Shown: positions 30,915 through 40,398 of the stretch, piece by piece
How the letters are laid out: the number at the start of each line of letters is the position of its first letter
Numbering within the stretch: the first letter of the stretch is position 1
From: Methanobacteriota archaeon
GTDB taxonomy: Archaea > Thermoplasmatota > Poseidoniia > MGIII > CG-Epi1
Reading direction: 5' to 3'
NCBI GenBank assembly: GCA_014240055.1
Contig: JAAZXP010000002.1
Span: 10,040 to 74,039 of the forward strand
Length of the DNA stretch: 64,000 bases
Translations under genes and position numbers: made by a program
The notes under the pieces: generated by a model
Seen by the model: only the letters and a program-made list of their open reading frames with translations
The model's database searches: none
Told to the model about the DNA's origin: nothing

Positions 30915-33617
30915 ATGAGTAAAGCACATGTTTATCGATTTGGACCAGGCATGACTGATGGTGATGCTGAGATGAAAAACCTATTGGGTGGAAAAGGGGC
31001 AAACCTTGCTGAAATGGCTATTTTAGAAATTCCAGTACCTCCGGGATGCACAATAACTACTGAAATTTGTACATACTATAATGAAAATAATAAAAGCTAT
31101 CCTAAAGAATTAGAAGAACAATTAAAGAATTCCATTAAAGATATTGAAAATAGCGTAGGAACTGTATTTGGAGATCCAGATAATCCTCTGTTACTATCTG
31201 TGCGATCTGGGGCTAGAGCTTCAATGCCAGGTATGATGGAAACTGTTCTTAATGTAGGGCTAAACGATTTTACAAGAGAAGGATTAATTTCTAAAAGTGG
31301 CGATCCAAGATTTGTATATGATGCTCAAAGAAGATTAATTCAAATGTATTCTGATGTTGTTATGGAAAAAGCCTCTGGAATTGAACCTGAAGAAGGCATG
31401 GGAATTAGAAACCAATTAGAACATGAATTGGAAAAAATGAAAGAACAAGCTGGCGTGACTGAAGATACTGAATTGTCTGCTATGAATTTGAAAGATTTGG
31501 TTGAAATCTATAAAGGAAAAGTTATCGAAGTCCTAAAAAAACCATTCCCAGAAGATCCTTGGAAACAATTATGGGGCGCTATTTCAGCTGTTTTCCATTC
31601 ATGGGATGGAAAAAGAGCAAAGGCTTACAGAAAAATTGAAAATATACCTGAAGAATGGGGAACTGCTGTTAATGTACAAGCAATGGTATTTGGAAATCTA
31701 GGAGACGACAGTGCTACAGGCGTCGCATTTACTAGAAATCCAGCAACTGGTGAGAATAATTTCTACGGAGAATGGCTAGCAAAAGCTCAGGGGGAAGATG
31801 TTGTAGCCGGGATAAGAACACCTAATCCGCTCAATGAAGTCTGTAGAACTGAACACAGTGGAGATTTATCTAGCTTAGAACAAGAATATCCACACTTGTA
31901 TAACGAATTAAACGAAATTAGAATCAATCTTGAAAAACATTACAATGACATGTTAGACATTGAATTTACTATTCAGTCAGGAAAATTATGGATGCTACAA
32001 TGCAGAATAGGCAAGAGAAATGGACCTGCTGCAATTCGTATGGCATCTGAAATGGTTAATGAAAAAATGATTGATGAAAGAACAGCAGTAACTAGAGTGT
32101 CGCCATCACAATTAGATGAATTATTACATCCAATCGTTGATCCTGATATGGAAAAAGTAACTCCATTGCTTGCAAAAGGACTGCCTGCAGGACCTGGAGG
32201 TGCTACCGGAAAAGCTGTTTTCACAGCTCAAGATGCTGTTGATTGGGCTGAAAAAGGAGAAACTGTTGTATTAGTTCGTGAAGAAACAAATCCAGAAGAT
32301 GTTGAAGGGATGCGAGCTTCTGTGGCTATACTAACCTCGAGAGGGGGAATGACATCGCATGCAGCTTTGGTTGCAAGAGGTTGGGGAATGTGCTGTATAG
32401 TTGGTGCTGGTGAAATGAAAGTTGATTCTATTAAGAAGGAATTTGTAGTAGAAGGAAAGACCATAAAAGAAGGCGATTTGATAACTTTAAATGGAACTGC
32501 TGGAAAAGTTTATGAAGGTGAATTACCACTAATTGAGACTGACATTACTAGTGATTATCTAACTCATTTCCTAAGTATGTGTGATGGAATAAAGAGAATG
32601 AAAGTTAGGACAAATGCTGAAACTCCATCAGATGCTAAACGAGCCCTAAGCTTTGGAGCTGAAGGTATTGGACTCTTTAGAATAGAACACATGTTCTATG
32701 GAGAAGGTTCTGAAAAACCCTTATTTCATCTTCAAGAAATGATTATGGCTAACAGTCCCGAAGAACGTAAAACTGCTTTAGATCTGTTATTTCCATATAT
32801 GAAAAATGACATTAAAGATACATTGAAAACAATGGAAGGCCTTCCAGTTACAATCAGATTAATGGATCCTCCATTACATGAATTTATCCCACATGATGTT
32901 AATAGACAAACTGAGCTTGCAGAATCACTTGGAATTGATTCTACTGAATTAGCTAGAAGATCAGATGCATTAAAAGAATCGAATCCAATGATGGGACACA
33001 GAGGTGTGAGATTAGGAATCACCCATCCTGAAATTACCGAGATGCAAGCACGAGCCATCCTTGAAGCTGCAGCTGAATTAAACATTGAAAATGTAAAAAC
33101 TTTCCCTGAAATAATGATTCCATTGACTGGTATGGAAACTGAATACAATCATCAAGAAAAAATTGTCCGAGAAGTAGCTGAAAATACAGAAGGATTAGAC
33201 AATTATATGGTTGGAACAATGATGGAAATCCCAAGAGCAAGTTTTGTTGCAGACCGAATTGCAGAAACTGCTGAATTCTTTTCATTTGGTACTAACGATT
33301 TGACACAAATGGCATTTGGATTTAGCCGTGATGATACTGGAGGATTTATGCCAGCATATCTAGAATTAGGATTATTACCTGAAGATCCTTTTGCAAGTCT
33401 TGACGAAGGTGTTTGTGAATTAGTAAAAATGGGAATTGAAAAAGGAAGAAAAACAAAACCTAATCTAAAGATTGGAATTTGTGGTGAGCATGGTGGTGAA
33501 CCAAAATCAGTCCACTTCTGTCATAATGTAGGTATGGACTATGTTTCATGCTCTCCTTTTAGAGTACCTATCGCCAGACTTTCTGCTGCACAAGCAGTAT
33601 TGAACAATGAAAAATAA
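30915..33617 (+). CDS. ppdK: Pyruvate, phosphate dikinase
   Basis: LGGKGANLAEM, SVRSGARASMPGMM, GGMTSHAA, FSFGTNDLTQ, GICGEHGG. Confidence 0.97.
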   Translation: MSKAHVYRFGPGMTDGDAEMKNLLGGKGANLAEMAILEIPVPPGCTITTEICTYYNENNKSYPKELEEQLKNSIKDIENSVGTVFGDPDNPLLLSVRSGARASMPGMMETVLNVGLNDFTREGLISKSGDPRFVYDAQRRLIQMYSDVVMEKASGIEPEEGMGIRNQLEHELEKMKEQAGVTEDTELSAMNLKDLVEIYKGKVIEVLKKPFPEDPWKQLWGAISAVFHSWDGKRAKAYRKIENIPEEWGTAVNVQAMVFGNLGDDSATGVAFTRNPATGENNFYGEWLAKAQGEDVVAGIRTPNPLNEVCRTEHSGDLSSLEQEYPHLYNELNEIRINLEKHYNDMLDIEFTIQSGKLWMLQCRIGKRNGPAAIRMASEMVNEKMIDERTAVTRVSPSQLDELLHPIVDPDMEKVTPLLAKGLPAGPGGATGKAVFTAQDAVDWAEKGETVVLVREETNPEDVEGMRASVAILTSRGGMTSHAALVARGWGMCCIVGAGEMKVDSIKKEFVVEGKTIKEGDLITLNGTAGKVYEGELPLIETDITSDYLTHFLSMCDGIKRMKVRTNAETPSDAKRALSFGAEGIGLFRIEHMFYGEGSEKPLFHLQEMIMANSPEERKTALDLLFPYMKNDIKDTLKTMEGLPVTIRLMDPPLHEFIPHDVNRQTELAESLGIDSTELARRSDALKESNPMMGHRGVRLGITHPEITEMQARAILEAAAELNIENVKTFPEIMIPLTGMETEYNHQEKIVREVAENTEGLDNYMVGTMMEIPRASFVADRIAETAEFFSFGTNDLTQMAFGFSRDDTGGFMPAYLELGLLPEDPFASLDEGVCELVKMGIEKGRKTKPNLKIGICGEHGGEPKSVHFCHNVGMDYVSCSPFRVPIARLSAAQAVLNNEK

Positions 33618-34311
33618 CCAAAATAGCGCTCAAAGATTACTTGAAATTAGTGTGTTTTTAGGAATAGGGACCTTAATCATTACATATATTGTTTCAACAA
33701 CTAGTGGAAGAGTTGCACCATTTATTCCAATTATCTCCGAAATGCCATTCAATGACCCTGAAGGATCAATATTTGGCATTGGACTTGGAATCAGCATGTT
33801 CAGTTTTCTAATTTTAGCTCAGGTGTTTCACAAAATCTTCAAACCGTTATCAAAAGAAATTGATAGTAATTATGAAAACATGAATGATTTAATTAGAATA
33901 ATAGCAACACTGGGAGCTATTTGCGGAATTATAACTGTTAATTTTAATTGGGATACTTATCCTATTTTACATGGAATTACTGCATTTATATTATTTACTT
34001 CATTTTTAATTTGGAATACTTTTGCCTATCTTGTCTTAGAAAAATCTGGAAAGGGAAATAGCCTTCGGAAATATGCAGTTTATGCAGGATGGATGTTCTA
34101 TGTGTTTATGGCTATCTTTAGTGTACTTGATAACCAAGAATTACAAAAAGAAGAAGGTGATTTTTTCTATAGGATGAATAATCCTCCAACTGTAGATACT
34201 GAAAGATCAATGTATCTAAATATCACGGCATTTTGTGAATGGGCCATGGTATTTTCGTTCTATACTAGTGCTCTTACTCATAAAAAGGAACTGGAAGGAA
34301 TTTCTATCTAA
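33607..34311 (+). CDS. Frag1/DRAM/Sfk1 (TMEM150-like) six-TM membrane protein
   Basis: PIISE...PEGSIFG, NF.....ILHG..A..LF, TAFCEW motifs with six TM segments. Confidence 0.7.
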   Translation: MKNNQNSAQRLLEISVFLGIGTLIITYIVSTTSGRVAPFIPIISEMPFNDPEGSIFGIGLGISMFSFLILAQVFHKIFKPLSKEIDSNYENMNDLIRIIATLGAICGIITVNFNWDTYPILHGITAFILFTSFLIWNTFAYLVLEKSGKGNSLRKYAVYAGWMFYVFMAIFSVLDNQELQKEEGDFFYRMNNPPTVDTERSMYLNITAFCEWAMVFSFYTSALTHKKELEGISI

Positions 34312-34357
34312 TTTTTGAAAGTTAAAAGTTTATAGTGGCTCTGCATTCGCAGTATAC

Positions 34358-34933
34358 TTGGCCACTGTCGAACAGGAATTATTATACGCCATTCGTGCTA
34401 TTGAAGTTCTTCTGGAATCTGGCGTTGGTATTGCTGAAGCAATGAAGCATATTGCCGATGAAGATTATGGTGAGCTGAGCACAATTTTTAAACAAATATT
34501 TTCAGACACAGATGGAGGTCGGAACTTTAGTGATGCAATACGTACTCAAATGAGAAGTACTGATTCATCCGGTCTAAGAAAAGTTCTATCTACTTTGATT
34601 ATGTCAATTGAAGAAGATACGAATGTTATTGACCGCTTAAGATCTATTGCAGACAAAGAAGCAAGAGAACGACGTGTAAGTTTAGATACATTCATTGAAG
34701 GATTGACTGCGACATCTGAACAGTTTCTAATTGTATCGATTCTAATTCCAATTATTGTAGTAATTGGGGCAGTTGTAAACGGAATAATAGAATCTGCAAA
34801 AGCTGCAGGCGGTGGATTTCTTGGTAATACACCTGAAATGCCAACTGTATGTGTACCAATTTTATTTGGTATAGCTAGTATAATTATTGTTGGAATGGTA
34901 TTTCAAACTAAAGCAAGGGAGCCTGGAGTATGA
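34358..34933 (+). CDS. Type II secretion system F / TadB-like platform protein (short)
   Basis: LESGVGIAEAM..IA...YGELS..F, two C-terminal TM; TTG start about 25 nt after TTTATA. Confidence 0.8.
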   Translation: MATVEQELLYAIRAIEVLLESGVGIAEAMKHIADEDYGELSTIFKQIFSDTDGGRNFSDAIRTQMRSTDSSGLRKVLSTLIMSIEEDTNVIDRLRSIADKEARERRVSLDTFIEGLTATSEQFLIVSILIPIIVVIGAVVNGIIESAKAAGGGFLGNTPEMPTVCVPILFGIASIIIVGMVFQTKAREPGV

Positions 34934-35694
34934 GCATACTAGACGATTTGTTCAGTGGAGATGGAATGGGCGATATCTATGGCCTCATATGGATTGGATT
35001 AGGAATATGGGCTGCTGTTGGACTTTTCTTTTACATTCCTGCCAAAAGAAAATTAGACCGAATTAATGAATTGGAAATGGTATGGCCTGATGTTCTAGCT
35101 GATTTAGCTGAAGAATTAAGAGCTGGAATGGGTGTAGAATCTGCATTAGATGCAATTTCACGTTCGAGGAGCGATCGTATGGGTGTTATGCTTAAAGCTG
35201 CAGTTGAAAGAATGAGAGACGATGGTTTTGGAATGGCAATGAAAGACTTTGCTAAGAAAACTGAATCTCCTATGATTTCAAGAATTGTTAGTATCCTGAA
35301 TGTCGCATTAGGTTCATCTGGAAGCTTTGCTACTACTCTCGAAAATATATCTGAAGAATTCTGGGAAATATATATGCTACGTAAAGAAAGAATTACCAAA
35401 ACACAAAGTACTGCAAACTTTATTCTATGGGGAGGATCAATTATCTGTCCTGTCCTCTTAGGAATAATTGTCGCAGTATTTGGAAGTGGAAAAGCTGGAT
35501 CTATTACATTAGATGTAAAATTAGATGTATTGAACCAAGCTATGTTTTTCTACATGATGGTTTTAGGCGCTGGAGGTGTGTGGATGCAATCTGTAATTTT
35601 ACAAACTACTAAAACGGCAATATGGAGAATGCCAATGTATATGTTCTTAGCAACAACTGTACTTCTATTATCTCTAAAAATATCTATAGTATAA
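34930..35694 (+). CDS. Type II secretion system F / TadC-like platform protein
   Basis: WPDVLADLAEELRAGMGVESAL, SGSFATTLENIS; ATGA overlap with the upstream gene. Confidence 0.82.
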   Translation: MSILDDLFSGDGMGDIYGLIWIGLGIWAAVGLFFYIPAKRKLDRINELEMVWPDVLADLAEELRAGMGVESALDAISRSRSDRMGVMLKAAVERMRDDGFGMAMKDFAKKTESPMISRIVSILNVALGSSGSFATTLENISEEFWEIYMLRKERITKTQSTANFILWGGSIICPVLLGIIVAVFGSGKAGSITLDVKLDVLNQAMFFYMMVLGAGGVWMQSVILQTTKTAIWRMPMYMFLATTVLLLSLKISIV

Positions 35695-35696
35695 AC

Positions 35697-36929
35697 ATGG
35701 AACAAGGACGAATTATTGAAAAATATGATACCGCAAATATAGTCGAGAGACCTGGTTCTCAACGGCCTCTTTATCAAGTTACAAAAGCAACCAGTTCTCC
35801 TCAATATGGAGCATTGAAACCTCTTTTGGACGACGATAATTTAGAAGAAATAATGTACAATCATCCTGAAAGGGCAATTATGGTGGCTCATAGAAAGCAC
35901 GGAATGTGCGTGACTAACGTTAAAATGACTGGAGATGAAGCTACAGCCATAATCAAAAGAGTGGCTAAATATGTTGGAAGAAATATAGGTCCTGGAAATT
36001 TATTATTAGATGGAAGATTACCTGATGGAAGTCGTGTAAATGCAACAATCCCGCCTGTTTCTCCAAATGGTCCAACAATGACCATTAGAAAACAAATGAG
36101 CGACCCGTTAACTGTAGTGGACTTGATGAAATTTGGAACAATGTCTCCTCGTTTAGCTTCACTATTATGGATGTTTACGGATGGAATGGGAGCAGCACCC
36201 TCTAATATCCTAGTAGCTGGAGGAACTGGTTCTGGAAAAACTACAACTCTAAATGTTTTAGGATTATTTATCCCTGCTAAAGACAGATTAATTACAATTG
36301 AAGATGTTACTGAAGTTCAATTAAAACATGAACACCATGTACAACTTGAAACCTTCAACTCTACAAAACCTGAAGAGCCTGAAGTTAATATGGACTCATT
36401 ATTGAAGAATACCTTGCGAATGAGGCCTGATCGCATTATTGTTGGTGAAGTTAGAGGGCCTGAAGCTAAAACTCTGTTTACTGCAATGAATACTGGTCAC
36501 GAAGGTTGTTTTGGAACAGTACATGCTAATACTGCTCAAGAAACAGTTTCAAGATTAATTAATCCACCTATGGAAGTTCCACCAATAATGATGAATGCCT
36601 TACATTTGATCATTATGCAAAGTCGTATTGCTGTAGGAGGAAAACAAATACGAACTATAACTGAAGTTTCTGAATTAGCTGGACTAGAGGGCTCAAAGCC
36701 TAGATTGAATACGCTGTTCAAATGGAATGGTCAAACTAATAAATTAGAAGAAACTGGAGTTCCTAGTAAATTAAGAGAACGGATTTCTAAAGCTGCAGGA
36801 ATTGCACCAAGGCAATTTGATGAGATGGCACAAAATAGACAGAAAATTCTTGAATCTTTAGTTCAAAGAGGCTACAACGATATTAAGCAAGTCAGTACTG
36901 TCGTTCAAAATTATTACGCTAAGATGTAA
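35697..36929 (+). CDS. CpaF/VirB11/TadA-family secretion ATPase (short N-terminal domain)
   Basis: LLDGRLPDGSRVNA, GGTGSGKTT, TIED, LRMRPDRIIVGEVRG, TGH..GTVHA; start reassigned to ATG 35697. Confidence 0.93.
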   Translation: MEQGRIIEKYDTANIVERPGSQRPLYQVTKATSSPQYGALKPLLDDDNLEEIMYNHPERAIMVAHRKHGMCVTNVKMTGDEATAIIKRVAKYVGRNIGPGNLLLDGRLPDGSRVNATIPPVSPNGPTMTIRKQMSDPLTVVDLMKFGTMSPRLASLLWMFTDGMGAAPSNILVAGGTGSGKTTTLNVLGLFIPAKDRLITIEDVTEVQLKHEHHVQLETFNSTKPEEPEVNMDSLLKNTLRMRPDRIIVGEVRGPEAKTLFTAMNTGHEGCFGTVHANTAQETVSRLINPPMEVPPIMMNALHLIIMQSRIAVGGKQIRTITEVSELAGLEGSKPRLNTLFKWNGQTNKLEETGVPSKLRERISKAAGIAPRQFDEMAQNRQKILESLVQRGYNDIKQVSTVVQNYYAKM

Positions 36930-36933
36930 GCAT

Positions 36934-37911
36934 ATGGTAAGCACTTATTCTGAAGCTGGAGTAGATATCGATGCAAGTGAAAGAGCTACTGAAGCTCTCA
37001 TTGCACAAATTAAAAGCGTTAACAGAAAGGGTGACGGTGAAGCCATAAAATTAGATAATGGATTTGCAGGACTAGTCAAACTTGGAGATGGTGCATTGGC
37101 AATGTGTACAGATGGTGTTGGTAGCAAATTATTACTAGCTGAAGAAATGGATTCGATACACACAGTTGGAATAGATTGTGTTGCAATGAATACAAATGAT
37201 CTAATTTGTGTTGGAGCTGAACCACTAAGTTTTGTAGATTATATCGCACTTGATAAGCCAGATGAAAAATTGATGGCTAAAATTGGAATGGGGCTAGCTG
37301 AAGGCTGTAAACAGTCTAATTGTACCCTTTCAGGAGGAGAAACTGCAATTCTACCTGAATTAGTTCACGGTTTTGACATTGCAGGAACTTCTGTTGGTTA
37401 TGTAAAACAAGACAAAATTATTGATGGAACTAAAATTTCTGAAGGTGATATCTTAATTGGATTAAAATCAAGTGGACCTCATTCAAATGGGTATACTTTG
37501 ATTCGTAAATTATTTGACGGGGATAAAGACATTGGAAAACAGCTTGTTGAACCTACTAGAATTTATGTCAAAGAAGTAATGAACTTGATTAAACAAGTAG
37601 AAGTCCATGGAATTGCTCACATTACAGGAGGTGGATTAGACAATATTAATCGAATAAATGACAATTTTCAATATTTAATCGATAATCCTTTACCTGTACC
37701 TTCTGTATTTGATTGGTTACAAGAAAAAGGAAGTATTGAAGACAAGGAAATGTATCGAACATTCAATATGGGAATGGGGATGATAATTATTGTTAACAAA
37801 AATGATGCCGAGAAATCAGTATCAATTCTTGGAGAGCATGCGCAAATTATTGGTTCTGTTAGAAATGGAAAAGGTGTTGAACATAGCCAAGTAACAACTG
37901 ATCTCGCTTAG
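36934..37911 (+). CDS. purM: Phosphoribosylformylglycinamidine cyclo-ligase
   Basis: YSEAGVDI, TDGVGSK, GGETA, SSGPHSNGY, HITGGG, TFNMGMG. Confidence 0.96.
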   Translation: MVSTYSEAGVDIDASERATEALIAQIKSVNRKGDGEAIKLDNGFAGLVKLGDGALAMCTDGVGSKLLLAEEMDSIHTVGIDCVAMNTNDLICVGAEPLSFVDYIALDKPDEKLMAKIGMGLAEGCKQSNCTLSGGETAILPELVHGFDIAGTSVGYVKQDKIIDGTKISEGDILIGLKSSGPHSNGYTLIRKLFDGDKDIGKQLVEPTRIYVKEVMNLIKQVEVHGIAHITGGGLDNINRINDNFQYLIDNPLPVPSVFDWLQEKGSIEDKEMYRTFNMGMGMIIIVNKNDAEKSVSILGEHAQIIGSVRNGKGVEHSQVTTDLA

Positions 37912-37922
37912 TTCAATACGGA

Positions 37923-40169
37923 TTAATTCTTGGATCTCAAGTAATTCAAGGCTGAGCCTGATTTGAACCATTCTACTTGTAAATCATCCATACTGTGATT
38001 GCAAACAAAAGTGTCCATAGTTCCATCACTGTGTTTTGCTTCCACTATAACCTCAGAATTAGGACCTAGTTCATCAGTTCCCTTGATTGTTAATCTGTCA
38101 TCTACTCTCAATAAATTCCAAGAAGATTCGTCTGCAAAAGTAAGAGGCAAAACTCCCTGTTTCTTCAAATTAGTCTCTGCAATACGAGCCATGCTTCTTG
38201 CAATTACTACTTTACAACCTAAAAATCTTGGAGACATCGCAGCGTGCTCTCTACTACTTCCTTCTCCGTAATTTACATCTGCAACTACAGCCCAACCTTG
38301 TCCATTCTCATAGTATTTTCGTGCAACCTTAGGCAGTTTACCTTTACTTCCATCAAGTTGATTGATTGCTGTACCTTGCTCTTCTGTGAAAGAATTATGA
38401 GCTCCAATGTAACAATTATCTGAAATATTATCTAGATGACCTCTAAATTGTAACCAAATACCTGCTGGAGAAATATGATCTGTAGTGCATTTACCTTTAA
38501 CTTTAACAAGAAGAGGAATATCTGTCAAATCTTCTTTAGTTATTGCTTCAAAAGGTTCTAGTAACTGTAAACGGCGACTTGTTGGAGAAACATCAAGGTC
38601 AATATTACCTTCTAAGGGTGGAACAAAACCAACCAAACTAGATTCAAAACCGTTAGCCGGTAATTCAGAACCAGTAGGTGGTTTCAAAGAGAATTCCGTC
38701 CCATCAGCTGCAACCAATTTATCTTTTTGAGGATTGAAATCAAGGCTACCTGCAAGAGCCATGGCCGTTACAATCTCTGGACTTGTGAGGAATGATAAGG
38801 TTTGGTGATTACCATCATTTCTCCCACTGAAATTACGATTGTAAGATGATACAATTGAATTTACATCTCCTTTGGAGACATCCTCGCGTTTCCATTGCCC
38901 TATACAAGGGCCGCAAGCATTTGCTAATACAGTTCCTCCAATATCATCAAGAAGTTGCATTTGACCGTCTCTACGAATTGTTTGGTCGATTGTATCTGAA
39001 CCTGGTGTAACCATGAATTGAACTTTTGATTTTATTCCTGCTTCTTTGGCTTGTCTTGCAACCGAAGCTGCCCTTTCCATGTCTTCATATGATGAATTTG
39101 TACAAGAGCCAATTAATGCAGCTTGAATGTCTGTAGGCCAGCCTTTATTCTTAGCTTCCTGACCTAAATCTGAAACGGAACGTGCTAAATCGGGAGTGTG
39201 AGGACCAACAATCATTGGCTCTAGTTCTGAAAGATTAATCTCAATTATTCTATCATAGAAATTTTCAGGATTTTCTAAAACTTCTGGATCGGCAACTAAA
39301 AGTGATGAATGCTCATTCGCTAATTCAGAAACTCCTGACCTACCTGTAGCGTCGAGATATCTTGCCATACTATCATCATATGGAAATAACGAAGTTGTCG
39401 CTCCAACCTCAGCCCCCATGTTGCAAATAGTTCCTTTACCAGTACAAGAAATCGAAGAGGCTCCAGGGCCAAAATATTCTACAATGTGGCTTGTTCCTCC
39501 CTTAACTGTCAATTCTTCACAAACTTTCAATATTACATCTTTAGGAGATGACCATCCTGATAATTTACCTGTAAGATGAACTCCAATAACTCCAGGCCAA
39601 CGAATCGTAAATGGCAAACCAGCCATAACTTCCATTGCATCAGCTCCACCGACACCGATTGCAACCATTCCCAAACCTCCTGCATTTGGTGTATGTGAAT
39701 CAGTACCAATCATCAGGCCTCCTGGAAATGCATAATTTTCAAGAACTACTTGATGAATAATTCCAGCTCCAGGTTCCCAAAATCCAGCTCCATACTTTGC
39801 AGATGCTGATTTCAAAAATGAAAATACTTCGGAACTTTCCTTGTTTGCATCTGCCAAATCACTATCTCTACCTACTCTAGCTTGGATAAGATGATCACAG
39901 TGAACAGTAGAAGGAACAGCTACCTCTGAGCGACCTGTTAACGCAAACTGAAGAAGTGCCATCTGTGCTGTTGCATCCTGCATAGCCACTCTATCTGGCT
40001 GAAGTTCAACATATGATTTACCACGTTTTGGTACTTTATCTAAATTTAATAAATGTCCGAAAAGAATTTTCTCAGATAAAGTTAATGATCTACCCAAATT
40101 CTGTCTAGCCAAATCATGCTTTTTTGACATTTCTGCATATAGGTTTTCTATTTGAGATAAATCTAACAT
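37923..40169 (-). CDS. acnA: Aconitate hydratase (mitochondrial-like clade)
   Basis: DRVAMQDATAQMA, HCDHLI, GTDSHTPN, IGSCTNSSYED, ANACGPCIGQW, TTDHISPAG, NYGEGSSREHAA. Confidence 0.95.
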   Translation of the reverse strand: MLDLSQIENLYAEMSKKHDLARQNLGRSLTLSEKILFGHLLNLDKVPKRGKSYVELQPDRVAMQDATAQMALLQFALTGRSEVAVPSTVHCDHLIQARVGRDSDLADANKESSEVFSFLKSASAKYGAGFWEPGAGIIHQVVLENYAFPGGLMIGTDSHTPNAGGLGMVAIGVGGADAMEVMAGLPFTIRWPGVIGVHLTGKLSGWSSPKDVILKVCEELTVKGGTSHIVEYFGPGASSISCTGKGTICNMGAEVGATTSLFPYDDSMARYLDATGRSGVSELANEHSSLLVADPEVLENPENFYDRIIEINLSELEPMIVGPHTPDLARSVSDLGQEAKNKGWPTDIQAALIGSCTNSSYEDMERAASVARQAKEAGIKSKVQFMVTPGSDTIDQTIRRDGQMQLLDDIGGTVLANACGPCIGQWKREDVSKGDVNSIVSSYNRNFSGRNDGNHQTLSFLTSPEIVTAMALAGSLDFNPQKDKLVAADGTEFSLKPPTGSELPANGFESSLVGFVPPLEGNIDLDVSPTSRRLQLLEPFEAITKEDLTDIPLLVKVKGKCTTDHISPAGIWLQFRGHLDNISDNCYIGAHNSFTEEQGTAINQLDGSKGKLPKVARKYYENGQGWAVVADVNYGEGSSREHAAMSPRFLGCKVVIARSMARIAETNLKKQGVLPLTFADESSWNLLRVDDRLTIKGTDELGPNSEVIVEAKHSDGTMDTFVCNHSMDDLQVEWFKSGSALNYLRSKN

Positions 40170-40194
40170 TATTTTCTTACCTAAGAACGATTAA

Positions 40195-40398
40195 TTATAG
40201 GTTTTCTTCATCATCTTCTATTACTACTGCCATCGCCCAAAAAACAACTGCTAAAACCCAAAAAAGAAATGAACATGGAAGGCGTAAAGAACGACCTGAA
40301 GCTGGAACAATATAATCCTCATTACCCCATAAAATCATTCCACCAGCAACTACACAAGTTAATGCTAGAAAATAAGATAATACTTCACTAAAATCCAT
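40195..40398 (-). CDS. Small two-TM membrane protein
   Basis: Start reassigned to ATG 40398 (TAATG overlap with the upstream stop); MDFSEVLSYFLAL...; two hydrophobic helices. Confidence 0.55.
   Translation of the reverse strand: MDFSEVLSYFLALTCVVAGGMILWGNEDYIVPASGRSLRLPCSFLFWVLAVVFWAMAVVIEDDEENL

Noticed and set aside
35622..35696. N-terminal extension of the CpaF-like ATPase ORF
   Set aside because: It overlaps the upstream T2SSF gene; ATG 35697 directly after that stop is more plausible.
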